Counted from the stretch's first letter, positions 9,084 through 18,618 are shown. The stretch: 64,000 bases of DNA from Nitrospirota bacterium (GCA_049325295.1 JBMOMD010000036.1:80656-144655); one strand, 5' to 3'. Program-made: numbers and translations. The notes: generated by a model not told the origin, from the sequence alone.

Positions 9084-10949
9084 CTAGACCAATCGTTTGA
9101 CCGTCTCGACGATCGCGCGGGCGCTGATCCCGTACCGATCGACCAACTCGTCCGGTTTACCGCTGTGCGGGATTTCGCGCACGGCGAGTTTGTGCACGCG
9201 CACGCCCTCACTGCCCACCGCGCCGAGCACCGCGTCGCCCACGCCCCCGTGCGCGTAGTGGTCTTCAACCGTGAGGAGCACTCCGCCGGTCGCGCGCGCG
9301 GACGCCAACAGCGTCTCGCGGTCCACCGGGACGATGCTGTACAAATCGATGACCCGTACCGCGATCCCGGCCGCCTTGAGTTGGTCGTGGGCTTTGAGCG
9401 CCTCGAACAGGGTGATTCCGGCCCCTACGATGGTGAGCCGATCACTCGCGCTTTGGCGCACCACTTTGGAACCGCCGATCGGGAAACGCTCCTCCGGCCC
9501 ATAGAGGATCGGGCACTTGGGTCGTCCGGTGCGAATATAGACGAGCCCCCGGTGTGCGGCCGCGGCCTCGACCAGCCGGTAGGTCGCAAACGCGTCCGCG
9601 GGATAGAGCACGACCGCGCCCGGCTGCACCGCCATCATGGCCAGGTCTTCGAGCCCCATTTGGGACGGACCGTCTTCGCCGATGCTGACCCCGGCGTGCG
9701 TGCCGACCAACTTGATGTTCGAACCGCTGATCGCGGCCATCCGGATAAAGTCGTACGCCCGGGTCAGAAAGCAGGCGAACGTGGCGGAAAACGGGATGTA
9801 CCCGCTTGCGGCCAGTCCCACCGCGGCCCCGACCATGTTTTGCTCCGCGATGTAGTTCTCCAGGAATCGATCGGGAAACCGTTTGCCGAACGCCTCGGTG
9901 AACGTCGAGTTCTTTACGTCCGCGTCCAGTCCGACGACCAGCGGATTCGCCTCGCCGAGGGCCGCCAACGCGTGACCGAAGGCTTCGCGCGTCGCGACCG
10001 AATCGGACGGCTTGTACACGGGCGCCGCCACGCTCTTGCCGGCGGTCGAGTGGGCCGCGGGCGGCGATGGCCGCGCGATCGTGACCGCCGAAGCGGACGG
10101 ATCGAGTCCCTTGGACAACTCCGCCAACGCGCGATCCAGCTCGTCTCCCTTTTTGAGCGCCTTGCCGTGCCAGTCCGCGCGATCCTCGATGAAGGAGATC
10201 CCTTTGCCCTTGAAGGTCCGCGCCAAGAGCACGGTGGGGCGTCCGCTCGTGGCCGCGGCCGTGGCGAACGCCGAGACCAACGCGTCCACATCGTGACCGT
10301 CCACGACGATCGCGTTCCACCCGAACCCGGACCAACGCGCGCGATACCCTTCCATATCGTGCTGAAGCATGGTGGGATCGCTCTGGCCCAGCCGATTGAC
10401 GTCCACGATCGCGCACAGGTTGTCGAGGCGCTCGTGGCGCGCGATTTCCGCGGCTTCCCATACCGAACCTTCGACCGATTCCCCGTCGCCCATCAACACG
10501 TACACGCGGGCCGACGATCGTTGCAGGCGTTTGGCGGCCACGGCCATGCCCACGCCCGCGGACAGCCCTTGGCCCAACGACCCGGTCGCCGTATCCGCGA
10601 ACGACAACCGCGGGGTGGGATGCCCTTCCAAATCGGACGTCAACGTCCGCAACTTGAGGAGCTCGGTCTTGTCGAACAACCCGGCCTCGGCCCACGCCGC
10701 GTACAACAACGGCGCGGCGTGGCCCTTGGACAACACGAACCGGTCGCTGCCGGGCCTGCGCGGATCCTTCGGATCGTACCGCATCACGGAAAAGAACAAC
10801 GTGGCCACGATATCCGCGGCGGAGCAACAACTCGACGGGTGGCCGCTGCCCGCTTCGCTGGTCGCGCGCACGCTCTCCATGCGCAGGACCGCGGCTTTGT
10901 GGCGCAAAGTCGCTGCCACGGTGGACGTCGAAGTAGCGGTGGGGCTCAT
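9084..10949 (-). CDS. tkt: Transketolase
   Basis: GSGHPSSCCS, GDG...EG and E...G motifs of the TPP-binding and pyrimidine-binding domains. The start at 10949 is preceded by AAGGAG 6 nt upstream. The ORF track's longer 750-aa version with an Arg-rich leader is rejected. Confidence 0.9.
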   Translation of the reverse strand: MSPTATSTSTVAATLRHKAAVLRMESVRATSEAGSGHPSSCCSAADIVATLFFSVMRYDPKDPRRPGSDRFVLSKGHAAPLLYAAWAEAGLFDKTELLKLRTLTSDLEGHPTPRLSFADTATGSLGQGLSAGVGMAVAAKRLQRSSARVYVLMGDGESVEGSVWEAAEIARHERLDNLCAIVDVNRLGQSDPTMLQHDMEGYRARWSGFGWNAIVVDGHDVDALVSAFATAAATSGRPTVLLARTFKGKGISFIEDRADWHGKALKKGDELDRALAELSKGLDPSASAVTIARPSPPAAHSTAGKSVAAPVYKPSDSVATREAFGHALAALGEANPLVVGLDADVKNSTFTEAFGKRFPDRFLENYIAEQNMVGAAVGLAASGYIPFSATFACFLTRAYDFIRMAAISGSNIKLVGTHAGVSIGEDGPSQMGLEDLAMMAVQPGAVVLYPADAFATYRLVEAAAAHRGLVYIRTGRPKCPILYGPEERFPIGGSKVVRQSASDRLTIVGAGITLFEALKAHDQLKAAGIAVRVIDLYSIVPVDRETLLASARATGGVLLTVEDHYAHGGVGDAVLGAVGSEGVRVHKLAVREIPHSGKPDELVDRYGISARAIVETVKRLV

Positions 10950-11189
10950 GAACTCTCCTTTTTGGACGGTGCGGTCGCGCGTGAACCGCTGATTGGACGC
11001 GAGGACGGCGAGAGCGTAGCAAAATCGCGTCGCGCGAGTCAATTTCCGAATGGCTGCCGGCGGATTACCTCCGGGCGAGGTGCACGCGCGTGTCGCGGTT
11101 CTGCGTGGAATCCGATCCGCACGGCGTTCACGCGGATTGTCGCCGGAACGCCCCTTGCCTCGGCGTGGCGTCTTCCGTATGCTCCTAGC

Positions 11190-11855
11190 GTGGTCCGGTT
11201 GGAGCGCGTCAGCAAGGTGTACACGCGGGGAACGCAGCGGGTGTGGGCCCTGCGCGACGTGACGCTCCACATTCCCTCCGGCGAGTTCCACGTGGTGATG
11301 GGCCCCAGCGGGTCCGGCAAAAGCACGCTCCTGCACCTCATCGCCGCGCTGGACCTGCCCACGGACGGCGCGGTGTGGCTTGAAGGGCGATCAACCGCGG
11401 CGTGTTCGGACGCGGAATTGACGCGCCTTCGACGCGACCGCATCGGTCTGGTGTTTCAATCGTTCCACCTCCTCCCGTATCTGACCGTGCGCGAAAACGT
11501 GGCGTTGCCGCGGCTGCTGCAACGCGCACCCGCGCGCCAAGTCCGCGCGGAGGCCGACGAATTGCTCGCGGCCGTCGGGTTGATCGAGCGCGCCGAGCAC
11601 TGGCCCCACGAGCTCTCCGGCGGCGAAGCGCAGCGCACCGCCATCGCGCGGGCCCTGATTACCCGTCCACACCTGTTCCTGGCCGACGAACCCACCGGAA
11701 ATCTGGATTCCGCCCGCGGCCGGGAAATTCTCGATCTGATCGCGCGGCTGACCGCGGCCGCGCGCGTGACGACCGTGCTGGTGACCCACGATCCCGACGC
11801 GGCCACGGTCGGCGACCGCGTCACGCGCATCAAGGACGGCGGACTCGACGCGTGA
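11190..11855 (+). CDS. ABC transporter ATP-binding protein (LolD/MacB/FtsE-like)
   Basis: Walker A GPSGSGKST, signature LSGGEAQR, Walker B LFLADEPTGNLD, H-loop VTHD. The start is assigned to an in-frame GTG; the exact start is uncertain. Confidence 0.85.
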   Translation: MVRLERVSKVYTRGTQRVWALRDVTLHIPSGEFHVVMGPSGSGKSTLLHLIAALDLPTDGAVWLEGRSTAACSDAELTRLRRDRIGLVFQSFHLLPYLTVRENVALPRLLQRAPARQVRAEADELLAAVGLIERAEHWPHELSGGEAQRTAIARALITRPHLFLADEPTGNLDSARGREILDLIARLTAAARVTTVLVTHDPDAATVGDRVTRIKDGGLDA

Positions 11856-14398
11856 TCCCGTTGGTTCGTTTCACCACTCTCCGGCACCTGCGGCACGCTA
11901 ACCTCCGAACCGGGCTCACCGTCGTCGGTCTCGCGTTGGGCGTCGCGCTGTACGTGGCGATCCGCCTGTGCAACGCCAGCGTGGATGCATCGTTCCAAGA
12001 CACCGTGGCCGCGGTGAGCGGCCAGGCGACCCTCGAAGTGCTGGGGGGCGAAAACGGGATCGACGAAGAGTTGTTCGCCGCGGTCGCGCAAACCCCGGGC
12101 GTGCTCGCGGCGGCGCCCATGCTGGTCCGACAGGTCGCCCTGGATGACCGCGCATCGTTGACGGTGTTGGCCGTGGACCCGCTGCGGGAAGCGCCGTTTC
12201 GCGCGTATGGGATCGATGCGCGCGTCGATCCCGACGACACCTGGCTGCTCGACCCGGCGGCCGTGTTTCTGACGGGCCCCGTGGCGACGGCGAGGGGACT
12301 CCGTCCCGGCGACGCCGTCACGGTGTTGGACCGCGACCGCGCCGTCACGCTCAACGTCGTGGGCGTCACCGCGGACGACCGGTTGGCCCGGGCTTGGGGC
12401 GGGGCCGTGGCGATCATGGACATCGCGGCCGGCCAGTGGACCTTCGACCGGGTCGGCCGACTCGACCGTATCGACGTGCTCACGACGCCCGAACAAGCCG
12501 ACGAGGTTCGGGCGCGATTGGCCGCGGCGTTGCCGTCGGACCTGGTGGTACAACGACCCGACCGGCGCGTGGCCCACGCCGAGCGGGTGGTGCGCTCGTT
12601 CCAGGTCAACCTGACCGCCTTGAGCGGGATTGCCCTGCTCGTGGGACTGTTCCTCATCTACAACACCATGACGCACGCCTTGTTGCGCCGGCGCGCTGAA
12701 ATCGGCCTGTTGCGCGCGTTGGGCGTGGGCCGGAGCGAGTTGTTGATGGTCTTGGTCGTGGAATCCCTGTTGTTCGGGCTCGCGGGCGGCGCGCTCGGCG
12801 TGCCCCTCGGATGGGTGCTGGCGCGCGCCGCGGTGGACACGGTGTCCGCCACGGTCGAAGCGTTGTACGGCGCGGGTCCCGCGCGACCGGTCCTGCTGAC
12901 CGCGTCCCTCGGACTCGAAGGCGTGGCGCTCGGATGCGCGGTGGCGGTCGCGGCGGGGCTGGTGCCGATCGCCGAAGCGCTCACCACGGCGCCGCGCGAG
13001 GTCCTGCACCCCGGATCCATGGAACGGCGTCGCCGGGTGCGCGCCGCGTGGTTCGCCCCGCTTGCGCTGGGATGGATCGCGGCCGCGTGGGCGCTGTCCG
13101 GGGCCGGGCCCGTCGCCGGAATTCCCTTTTTCGGTTACGGCGCGGCGTTCTGCCTCGTGCTCGCCGGGGCCTGCGCCATGCCGCTGTTCACCGTGGGAGT
13201 GGGTCGCGTGGTTCGCGCGCTGGCGGTGCGGGCTGGCTGGCTGGAAGCGCAACTTGCGGTGGGAACGCTCGGCGCCGCGCCGGGGCGCACCGCGGTCGCG
13301 GCCGGGGCGCTCATGACCGCGCTCGCCATGTCGGTCAGCGTGGTGGTGATGGTCGGCAGTTTCCGGCGCACCGTGGAACACTGGATCGACGCCACCATCA
13401 CGGCGGACTTTTACGTGAGCCCCGGGTCGCGCCCCGCGGTCGGACCGTCCGCCTCCTTCGCCGACGACGCCATCGTAGCGCGCCTCGCCGAAGTGCCCGG
13501 GGTCGCGGCGGTTGACCCCTACCGGCAAGTGCCCGCCGACTATCACGGCCGGTCGATCCTGCTCTCGTCGCGCGATTTAGCGATCGTGCGCGAGCGCAGC
13601 CGAATGCACTTCGTGCAGGGCGATCCGGTCGAATTGCTCGACCGACTGGCGCGGGGCGAGGGCGTCGCGGTTTCCGAGGTGCTCGCCGCTCACATCGGCG
13701 TGCGCCCGGGCGACCGCCTCGCGTTGGCCACCGCGGACGGGCAGGGGCTGTTCCCGATTCTCGGAGTGTTCTATGATTACGCGACCGACGGCGGCCGCGT
13801 GTTGATGGATCGCTCTCTGTGGCATCGGCATTGGCGCGATCAGGGCGTCACCGCGCTCGCCGTGTACGTGGACGAGCGCGCCGATATCGATCGGGTTCGC
13901 GCGGCCATCGAGACCGGACTGGCGCCGGCGCATCGACTGTCGATTCTTTCGAACCGCGCGCTGAGGACCGAGGTATTGGAGATTTTTGATCAGACGTTCG
14001 CCATCACGCGCGCGCTCGACTTGGTGGCCATGGCGGTCGCCGCGCTCGGGGTGGCGGGCGCGGTGCTGGCCATCGTGATGGAGCGGCGGCGCGAAATCGG
14101 CGTGGTGCGGGCGCTGGGCGCGACCCGTTCCCAGATCAGCGGCGTGGTGGTGTGGGAGGCCGCGCTGATCGGGATGTTGGGCACGGTGCTCGGGGTGGCG
14201 GTGGGATTCGGAGTCGCGGTGGTCCTGATCAACGTGGTGAACGTGCAATCGTTCGGATGGACGATCATCTTCTCGTGGCGGTTTCCGGAAATCGCGGTCG
14301 CGGCGTCGATCGCGCTGGCCGCGGCCGTGACGGCCGGTTGGATCCCGGCCCGTCACGCCGCGAACACCCCGTATGTGGAGGCACTGGCGGATGAGTAA
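11852..14398 (+). CDS. ABC transporter permease with two FtsX domains (YbbP/MacB-like, about 848 aa)
   Basis: Two FtsX-type 4-TM modules, each preceded by a large extracytoplasmic domain. The GTG start overlaps the ATPase stop (GTGA). The Arg-rich upstream part of the track ORF is rejected. Confidence 0.85.
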   Translation: MIPLVRFTTLRHLRHANLRTGLTVVGLALGVALYVAIRLCNASVDASFQDTVAAVSGQATLEVLGGENGIDEELFAAVAQTPGVLAAAPMLVRQVALDDRASLTVLAVDPLREAPFRAYGIDARVDPDDTWLLDPAAVFLTGPVATARGLRPGDAVTVLDRDRAVTLNVVGVTADDRLARAWGGAVAIMDIAAGQWTFDRVGRLDRIDVLTTPEQADEVRARLAAALPSDLVVQRPDRRVAHAERVVRSFQVNLTALSGIALLVGLFLIYNTMTHALLRRRAEIGLLRALGVGRSELLMVLVVESLLFGLAGGALGVPLGWVLARAAVDTVSATVEALYGAGPARPVLLTASLGLEGVALGCAVAVAAGLVPIAEALTTAPREVLHPGSMERRRRVRAAWFAPLALGWIAAAWALSGAGPVAGIPFFGYGAAFCLVLAGACAMPLFTVGVGRVVRALAVRAGWLEAQLAVGTLGAAPGRTAVAAGALMTALAMSVSVVVMVGSFRRTVEHWIDATITADFYVSPGSRPAVGPSASFADDAIVARLAEVPGVAAVDPYRQVPADYHGRSILLSSRDLAIVRERSRMHFVQGDPVELLDRLARGEGVAVSEVLAAHIGVRPGDRLALATADGQGLFPILGVFYDYATDGGRVLMDRSLWHRHWRDQGVTALAVYVDERADIDRVRAAIETGLAPAHRLSILSNRALRTEVLEIFDQTFAITRALDLVAMAVAALGVAGAVLAIVMERRREIGVVRALGATRSQISGVVVWEAALIGMLGTVLGVAVGFGVAVVLINVVNVQSFGWTIIFSWRFPEIAVAASIALAAAVTAGWIPARHAANTPYVEALADE

Positions 14399-15524
14399 GG
14401 CACTGGTGGGGACAACGTGGCGGGTGGCTCTCATCGCGTGGCTGTCGATCGCCTTCGGTCTCGGAGCGACTGCAGCCGCGGCGCCCGCCAAGGGATTCGC
14501 GGTCGCGGAGCCCGGATACCGCTATGTGTTCCCCCGCGACCACGGCCCGCACCCCGCGTACCAGACCGAGTGGTGGTATTACACCGGGCGACTCACCGCG
14601 GAGTCGGGACGGAGTTACGGCTATCAGCTCACGTTTTTCCGGCGCGGCATCGACGCGGCCGGCGTCCGCAACAATCCCTCGAAGTGGGCGCTCAAAAACG
14701 TGTTCCTGGCGCATTTTGCGATCACGGATGAAACCGAAAAGACCTTTGCATTCTCGGAAAAAACGACGCGACCGGGTGGCGGCGCCGCGGGCGCTGATTC
14801 CAAACGCCTCAAGGTCTGGAACGGTCCTTGGTTCGCGGAGGAGAAGGACGGGGTGATCGTATTGTCCGCGGTCGCGGAAGACCGGTCGATCATGCTGCGG
14901 TTAAAGCCGTCGCGCGCGCCGGTGATCCACGGAACGGGCGGCGTGAGTCGCAAAGGCCCGGGAAAGGCGCAGACCTCGCACTACTACTCCATGCCGCGGA
15001 TGGAAACCACGGGCACGCTTACCATCAACAAGCGCCTGGAAACCGTCACGGGGCTGAGCTGGATGGACCACGAATTCGGGTCCAACCAACTGTCCGAAGA
15101 GCAGGTGGGGTGGGATTGGTTCGGGATTCACCTCGATAACGGCATGGATCTGATGTTGTACCGCATGCGTCGCAGCGACGGCACGATCGAGCCGGTCTCC
15201 GGCGGCACGTTGATCGACGCGGACGGGCGCGCCGTCCACCTGCCGATCGAGGCCTTCAATTATTCAATCCGCAACACTTGGACGAGTACCAAAACCCGAA
15301 CCGTGTATCCGAGCCGGTGGGTCATCGCGGTGCCCGACCGTGGAATCGAGCTTGCCATCACTCCCACGGTCGCGGACCAAGAACTGGTCACCGCGCAAAG
15401 CACGCGGGTCACGTATTGGGAAGGCAGCGTCGCGGTCAAGGGCCGAGTCGGCGACACCGAGGTGTCGGGACACGGATACGCGGAGTTGACCGGTTATGCG
15501 GAATCGCTGGGGAAACGGTTCTAG
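14391..15524 (+). CDS. AttH-like lipocalin / CrtC (hydroxyneurosporene-synthase)-domain secreted protein that accompanies YbbA/YbbP-type ABC systems
   Basis: Signal peptide, then PRDHGPHPAYQTEWWYYTGRL...YGYQLTFFR, typical of the AttH/CrtC family. The ATG overlaps the permease stop (ATGAGTAA). Confidence 0.65.
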   Translation: MSKALVGTTWRVALIAWLSIAFGLGATAAAAPAKGFAVAEPGYRYVFPRDHGPHPAYQTEWWYYTGRLTAESGRSYGYQLTFFRRGIDAAGVRNNPSKWALKNVFLAHFAITDETEKTFAFSEKTTRPGGGAAGADSKRLKVWNGPWFAEEKDGVIVLSAVAEDRSIMLRLKPSRAPVIHGTGGVSRKGPGKAQTSHYYSMPRMETTGTLTINKRLETVTGLSWMDHEFGSNQLSEEQVGWDWFGIHLDNGMDLMLYRMRRSDGTIEPVSGGTLIDADGRAVHLPIEAFNYSIRNTWTSTKTRTVYPSRWVIAVPDRGIELAITPTVADQELVTAQSTRVTYWEGSVAVKGRVGDTEVSGHGYAELTGYAESLGKRF

Positions 15525-15650
15525 GACAATGTTGGCCGGTCGGCCGGTTTCCCGGTGCGCCGGTGAAGAGAAACCGCGACTACTCTCGAAGCCGTCGTGA
15601 ACCGGTTAACCGACCAACCGGCGCACCCCGTTTCTAACCCTGGTTGCTAT

Positions 15651-16373
15651 TTAGGCCTCGTCCCCGACGTCACCCACTGCGACCGGCTCGAGCAATGTCA
15701 TCAAATCATCCCGTTTGATCCGCAACACTTTCTCGCCCGCCAAGCGGTAGGCCGGTAATTTCCCCGATTTGATGTAACCGCGAAGCGTTTGATGATGGAC
15801 GCCGAGGAATTCCGCGGCTTGATCCACGGTAAACAACTCGCGCGACAACACGCCGGTCATTGACCGCGGCGTCTCAGCGGGCGTAGCCGGAGCCATCGGC
15901 GAGGACGCGATCGCCGCGCGCACCTGCGCGCGCAGCGCGTCCAACGTGATCCCCCGGCCCGCGAGCAGCCCCGGCAACGTCCCTTGTCCACTCACGACAA
16001 CGCCCAACAACACGTGGCCGCTGCGCGTGAGGCGTCCTCCCAATTGCCGCGCTTCCTCCGCGGCCGCCTGGATGATCGGTTGGAGCGCCGCCCCCCACCG
16101 CGACCGCGACCCGCGCCGCGGAGGCGCGCCGCCGCGCGCCACGTCAGGCTCACCGATCCCCAAGGCGTCCAACACGGTTGCGCCGGACCGGTCCGCGGCG
16201 CGCAACACTCCCAGCACGAGATGATCCGCGTTGACATCGGTTCCCGCGTCTTGGGCTGCAGCTTCCGCGCGTTCAAACACGTCTCTGACGTCACGATAGG
16301 CCGAGAGATCTCCGCCTTGGTGACGCATCCGCGGCGGCCTCGGCACTCCCACAAATCTTGGTCCAGGAAACAT
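15651..16373 (-). CDS. Clp N-terminal (Clp_N repeat) domain protein with a C-terminal excisionase/MerR-type HTH DNA-binding domain
   Basis: Two Clp_N-like repeats (HLVLGVLRA..., HVLLGVVVSGQG...) and a C-terminal helix-turn-helix TVDQAAEFLGVHHQTLRGYIKSGKLPAYRLAGEKVLRIKRDDL. Confidence 0.55.
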   Translation of the reverse strand: MFPGPRFVGVPRPPRMRHQGGDLSAYRDVRDVFERAEAAAQDAGTDVNADHLVLGVLRAADRSGATVLDALGIGEPDVARGGAPPRRGSRSRWGAALQPIIQAAAEEARQLGGRLTRSGHVLLGVVVSGQGTLPGLLAGRGITLDALRAQVRAAIASSPMAPATPAETPRSMTGVLSRELFTVDQAAEFLGVHHQTLRGYIKSGKLPAYRLAGEKVLRIKRDDLMTLLEPVAVGDVGDEA

Positions 16374-16495
16374 GGATGCCTCATATTAAGTTATTAATAC
16401 TAATTCAATATCATGAAATCGCATTGAAACGCAATAATTTTCTGTTAAGGGATTTTAGGCGCCATCTGTTTCACGATATCCGTCATTACATCCCT
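16374..16495. promoter_or_regulatory. AT-rich (about 30% GC by eye) divergent promoter region between the Clp_N-HTH gene (-) and the DASS transporter gene (+)
   Basis: It reads catattaagttattaatactaattcaatatcatgaaatcgcattgaaacgcaataattttctgttaagggatttt, in sharp contrast with the GC-rich flanks. It contains several TATAAT-like hexamers. Confidence 0.5.
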
Positions 16496-18037
16496 ATGTT
16501 ATTCTGCGGCGTGCCCGATTCGTCCCCATCAGCCGCCGGAACCGGAGCGCACGGAAGACGGGCGACGATCGGACTCTTCCTCGGGCCGCTGGCCGCGTTG
16601 ACCGTGTGGTTGCTGCCTCTCGGTGTATCACCGGCGGCGCACGGGCTCGCGGCCATCCTCGCCTGCGTGGTCATTTTCTGGATCACGGAACCCATTCCGA
16701 TTCCCGCCACCGCGCTCCTGGCACCGGTCGCCGCGGTGTTGCTCGGCGTCGCGGGTGCCAAAGAGGTCTTTGCGCCGTTTGCGCATCCGGTGATCTTTCT
16801 GTTCATCGGCAGCTTCCTCATCGCCGAAGCCATGACCGTGCACGGCCTTGACCGCCGCATCGCGTTCTGGGTGCTCACGCGCCGGATGATCGGCGAGAGT
16901 CCCGGCCGGATTTTGTTCGCGGTCGGCATCCTCTCGGCGGGGTTGTCGCTGTGGGTCAGCAACACCGCCACCGCCGCGATGATGCTGCCGATCGCCGGGG
17001 GGATGCTTGCCGCCTTGGCGCATCAGTCGAACGACCCGGCAACCGGGCGGCACTCCTTGCCCGCAGGATCGTCCTACGGTACCGGCGTGATGTTGATGGT
17101 CGCGTACGCGGCTTCGATCGGTGGCCTCGGCACCCTGATCGGCACGCCCCCCAATCTGATCGGCAAAGGACTGATCTCGGAGCGTCTTGGCGTGGATATC
17201 GGTTTTGTGCGGTGGATGCAGTTCGGCATGCCCATCGTGCTCGTCACGTTCTTCGCGCTGTTTAGCCTTCTGTATTTTCTGCACAAGCCCGCGGTCGGCA
17301 CCCTTCGGGGCGCGGCCGCCTTGCTCGCTCGCCAGCGGGCGGCGCTGGGCCCGATGGGACGCGGGGAGCGCAACGCCGCCGTCGCGTTCAGCGTGGCCGT
17401 CACCTTGTGGCTCGCGCCGGCCGCGCTGACCCTGCTCGGCGGCACGGACTCGCCCCTGACCCGGTGGTACGACGCGCACCTGCCCGAGGGCGTGATCGCG
17501 TTGCTCGCCGCGGGGTTGTTGTTCGTTCTGCCGGTGGACTGGCCGACTCGCCGCTTCACGCTTTCCTGGGAGGAAGCCGAACGCATCGACTGGGGGACGA
17601 TTCTGCTCTTTGGAAGCGGGTTGGCGCTCGGGGAGTTGATGTTCAAGACCGGGCTGTCGGAAGCGATCGGACACGGGGCCGTGACGTGGTTGGGCGTTGA
17701 CGGGCTGTGGGCCATCACGGGGTTCGCCATTGCGACGGGCATTGTGTTGAGCGAGCTCACCTCGAACACGGCCTCCGCCACCATGGTCATCCCGGTGGTG
17801 ATCGCGATCGCGGAAAGCGCGGGGGTCAGCGCGTTGCCGCCCGCGCTCGGCGCGTGCCTGGGAGCCAGCTTCGGCTTTATGTTGCCGGTGTCCACGCCGC
17901 CCAACGCGATCGTGTACGGATCGGGCCTGGTTCCGATCGGACGGATGATCCGCGCGGGCGTGCTGCTCGACGTGATCGGGTTGGTCGTGATCTGGAGCGC
18001 GCTGCGGATGCTGTGCCCGTTGTTGGGTTTCATCTAA
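16496..18037 (+). CDS. DASS/SLC13-family (CitT/ArsB superfamily) anion:Na+ symporter
   Basis: About 12 TM segments with duplicated hairpin motifs (SNTATAAMMLPI ... SNTASATMVIPV) characteristic of DASS transporters. The start is set at the ATG at 16496, immediately after the AT-rich spacer. Confidence 0.8.
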   Translation: MLFCGVPDSSPSAAGTGAHGRRATIGLFLGPLAALTVWLLPLGVSPAAHGLAAILACVVIFWITEPIPIPATALLAPVAAVLLGVAGAKEVFAPFAHPVIFLFIGSFLIAEAMTVHGLDRRIAFWVLTRRMIGESPGRILFAVGILSAGLSLWVSNTATAAMMLPIAGGMLAALAHQSNDPATGRHSLPAGSSYGTGVMLMVAYAASIGGLGTLIGTPPNLIGKGLISERLGVDIGFVRWMQFGMPIVLVTFFALFSLLYFLHKPAVGTLRGAAALLARQRAALGPMGRGERNAAVAFSVAVTLWLAPAALTLLGGTDSPLTRWYDAHLPEGVIALLAAGLLFVLPVDWPTRRFTLSWEEAERIDWGTILLFGSGLALGELMFKTGLSEAIGHGAVTWLGVDGLWAITGFAIATGIVLSELTSNTASATMVIPVVIAIAESAGVSALPPALGACLGASFGFMLPVSTPPNAIVYGSGLVPIGRMIRAGVLLDVIGLVVIWSALRMLCPLLGFI

Positions 18038-18053
18038 GCGCGCGGCCGCCCCG

Positions 18054-18509
18054 CTAGGGGGTGAACCGCAGGACGCTGCCGACCACCAGCCCCTCGCGTT
18101 TGGCGGCGCCGCTCGGGATCTCCAACACGTACCGGGTCGGTACGTCGAATTGGTAAATCGGACACGGATCGGCTTTGCACGGAGGCGTTTCGGGCAAGAT
18201 GGCCACCACACGTTTGGCCTCGTCGATCCACACCAGATCCAGCGCAATCAGACAATTCTTCATCCAAAAGCCGTACCGGCCGGTCGTCTCGAACACAAAC
18301 AGCATGCCGGTGCGACGCGGGAGGTCGGCGCGAAACATGAGTCCGCGCATGCGCGTCTCCTCGGTCCTGGGGATCTCGACCGCGTAGACCGCGCCATTCG
18401 GCAGGGTGACCGTGCCGCGGTCGATCGCAGCGGGGTCCGCGCGGACCGCCGGAGGAATGAGCAGCAGGCACCACGCGAGCAAACCCCATACGAGCCGGCG
18501 CCAGGTCAT
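18054..18509 (-). CDS. DUF192-family periplasmic protein (COG1430)
   Basis: Signal peptide MTWRRLVWGLLAWCLLLIPPAVRA, then LEIPRTEETRMRGLMFR...MLFVFE...GFWMKNCLIALDLVWID, typical of DUF192. Confidence 0.6.
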   Translation of the reverse strand: MTWRRLVWGLLAWCLLLIPPAVRADPAAIDRGTVTLPNGAVYAVEIPRTEETRMRGLMFRADLPRRTGMLFVFETTGRYGFWMKNCLIALDLVWIDEAKRVVAILPETPPCKADPCPIYQFDVPTRYVLEIPSGAAKREGLVVGSVLRFTP

Positions 18510-18556
18510 AGCGGCTACGCTACCAAAAGGCCCGTCCGCCCGCAATACGCCCCCCC

Positions 18557-18585
18557 TGACAGAGGCGGTGACACTGTGATATGAT
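18557..18585 (+). promoter_or_regulatory. Sigma70-like promoter for nfuA (TGACAG-17 nt-TATGAT)
   Basis: -35 TGACAG at 18557-18562, a 17-nt spacer, -10 TATGAT at 18580-18585, about 34 nt upstream of the nfuA ATG. Confidence 0.5.
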
Positions 18586-18618
18586 GCAGGCCATACGAAC
18601 ACCTGACCGGAGGCAGCT

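Noticed and set aside
9442-11022. 526-aa minus-strand ORF in an alternate frame of tkt
   Set aside because: It is an Arg/Gly-rich alternate frame of the transketolase gene. The tkt frame has the full set of conserved motifs and an AAGGAG RBS.
11402-11851. Upstream 150 codons of the 998-aa permease ORF
   Set aside because: This part overlaps the ATPase in another frame and encodes Arg/Pro-rich nonsense. A GTG overlapping the ATPase stop gives the canonical FtsX N-terminus.
9066-11855. 929-aa plus-strand ORF
   Set aside because: It is a chimera. Its first about 700 codons are antisense to transketolase (Arg/His-rich nonsense). Only the last about 220 codons are the real ABC ATPase, annotated from 11190.
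11456-14491. 696-aa and 304-aa minus-strand ORFs
   Set aside because: They are antisense to the FtsX permease and contain no domains.
16358-16495. N-terminal 46 codons of the transporter ORF in the track
   Set aside because: They would be translated from inside the AT-rich promoter island (HIKLLILIQYHEIALKRNNF...). The ATG at 16496 directly precedes the first TM helix.
16628-18247. 539-aa and 319-aa minus-strand ORFs
   Set aside because: They are antisense to the DASS transporter and are Arg/Gly-rich.
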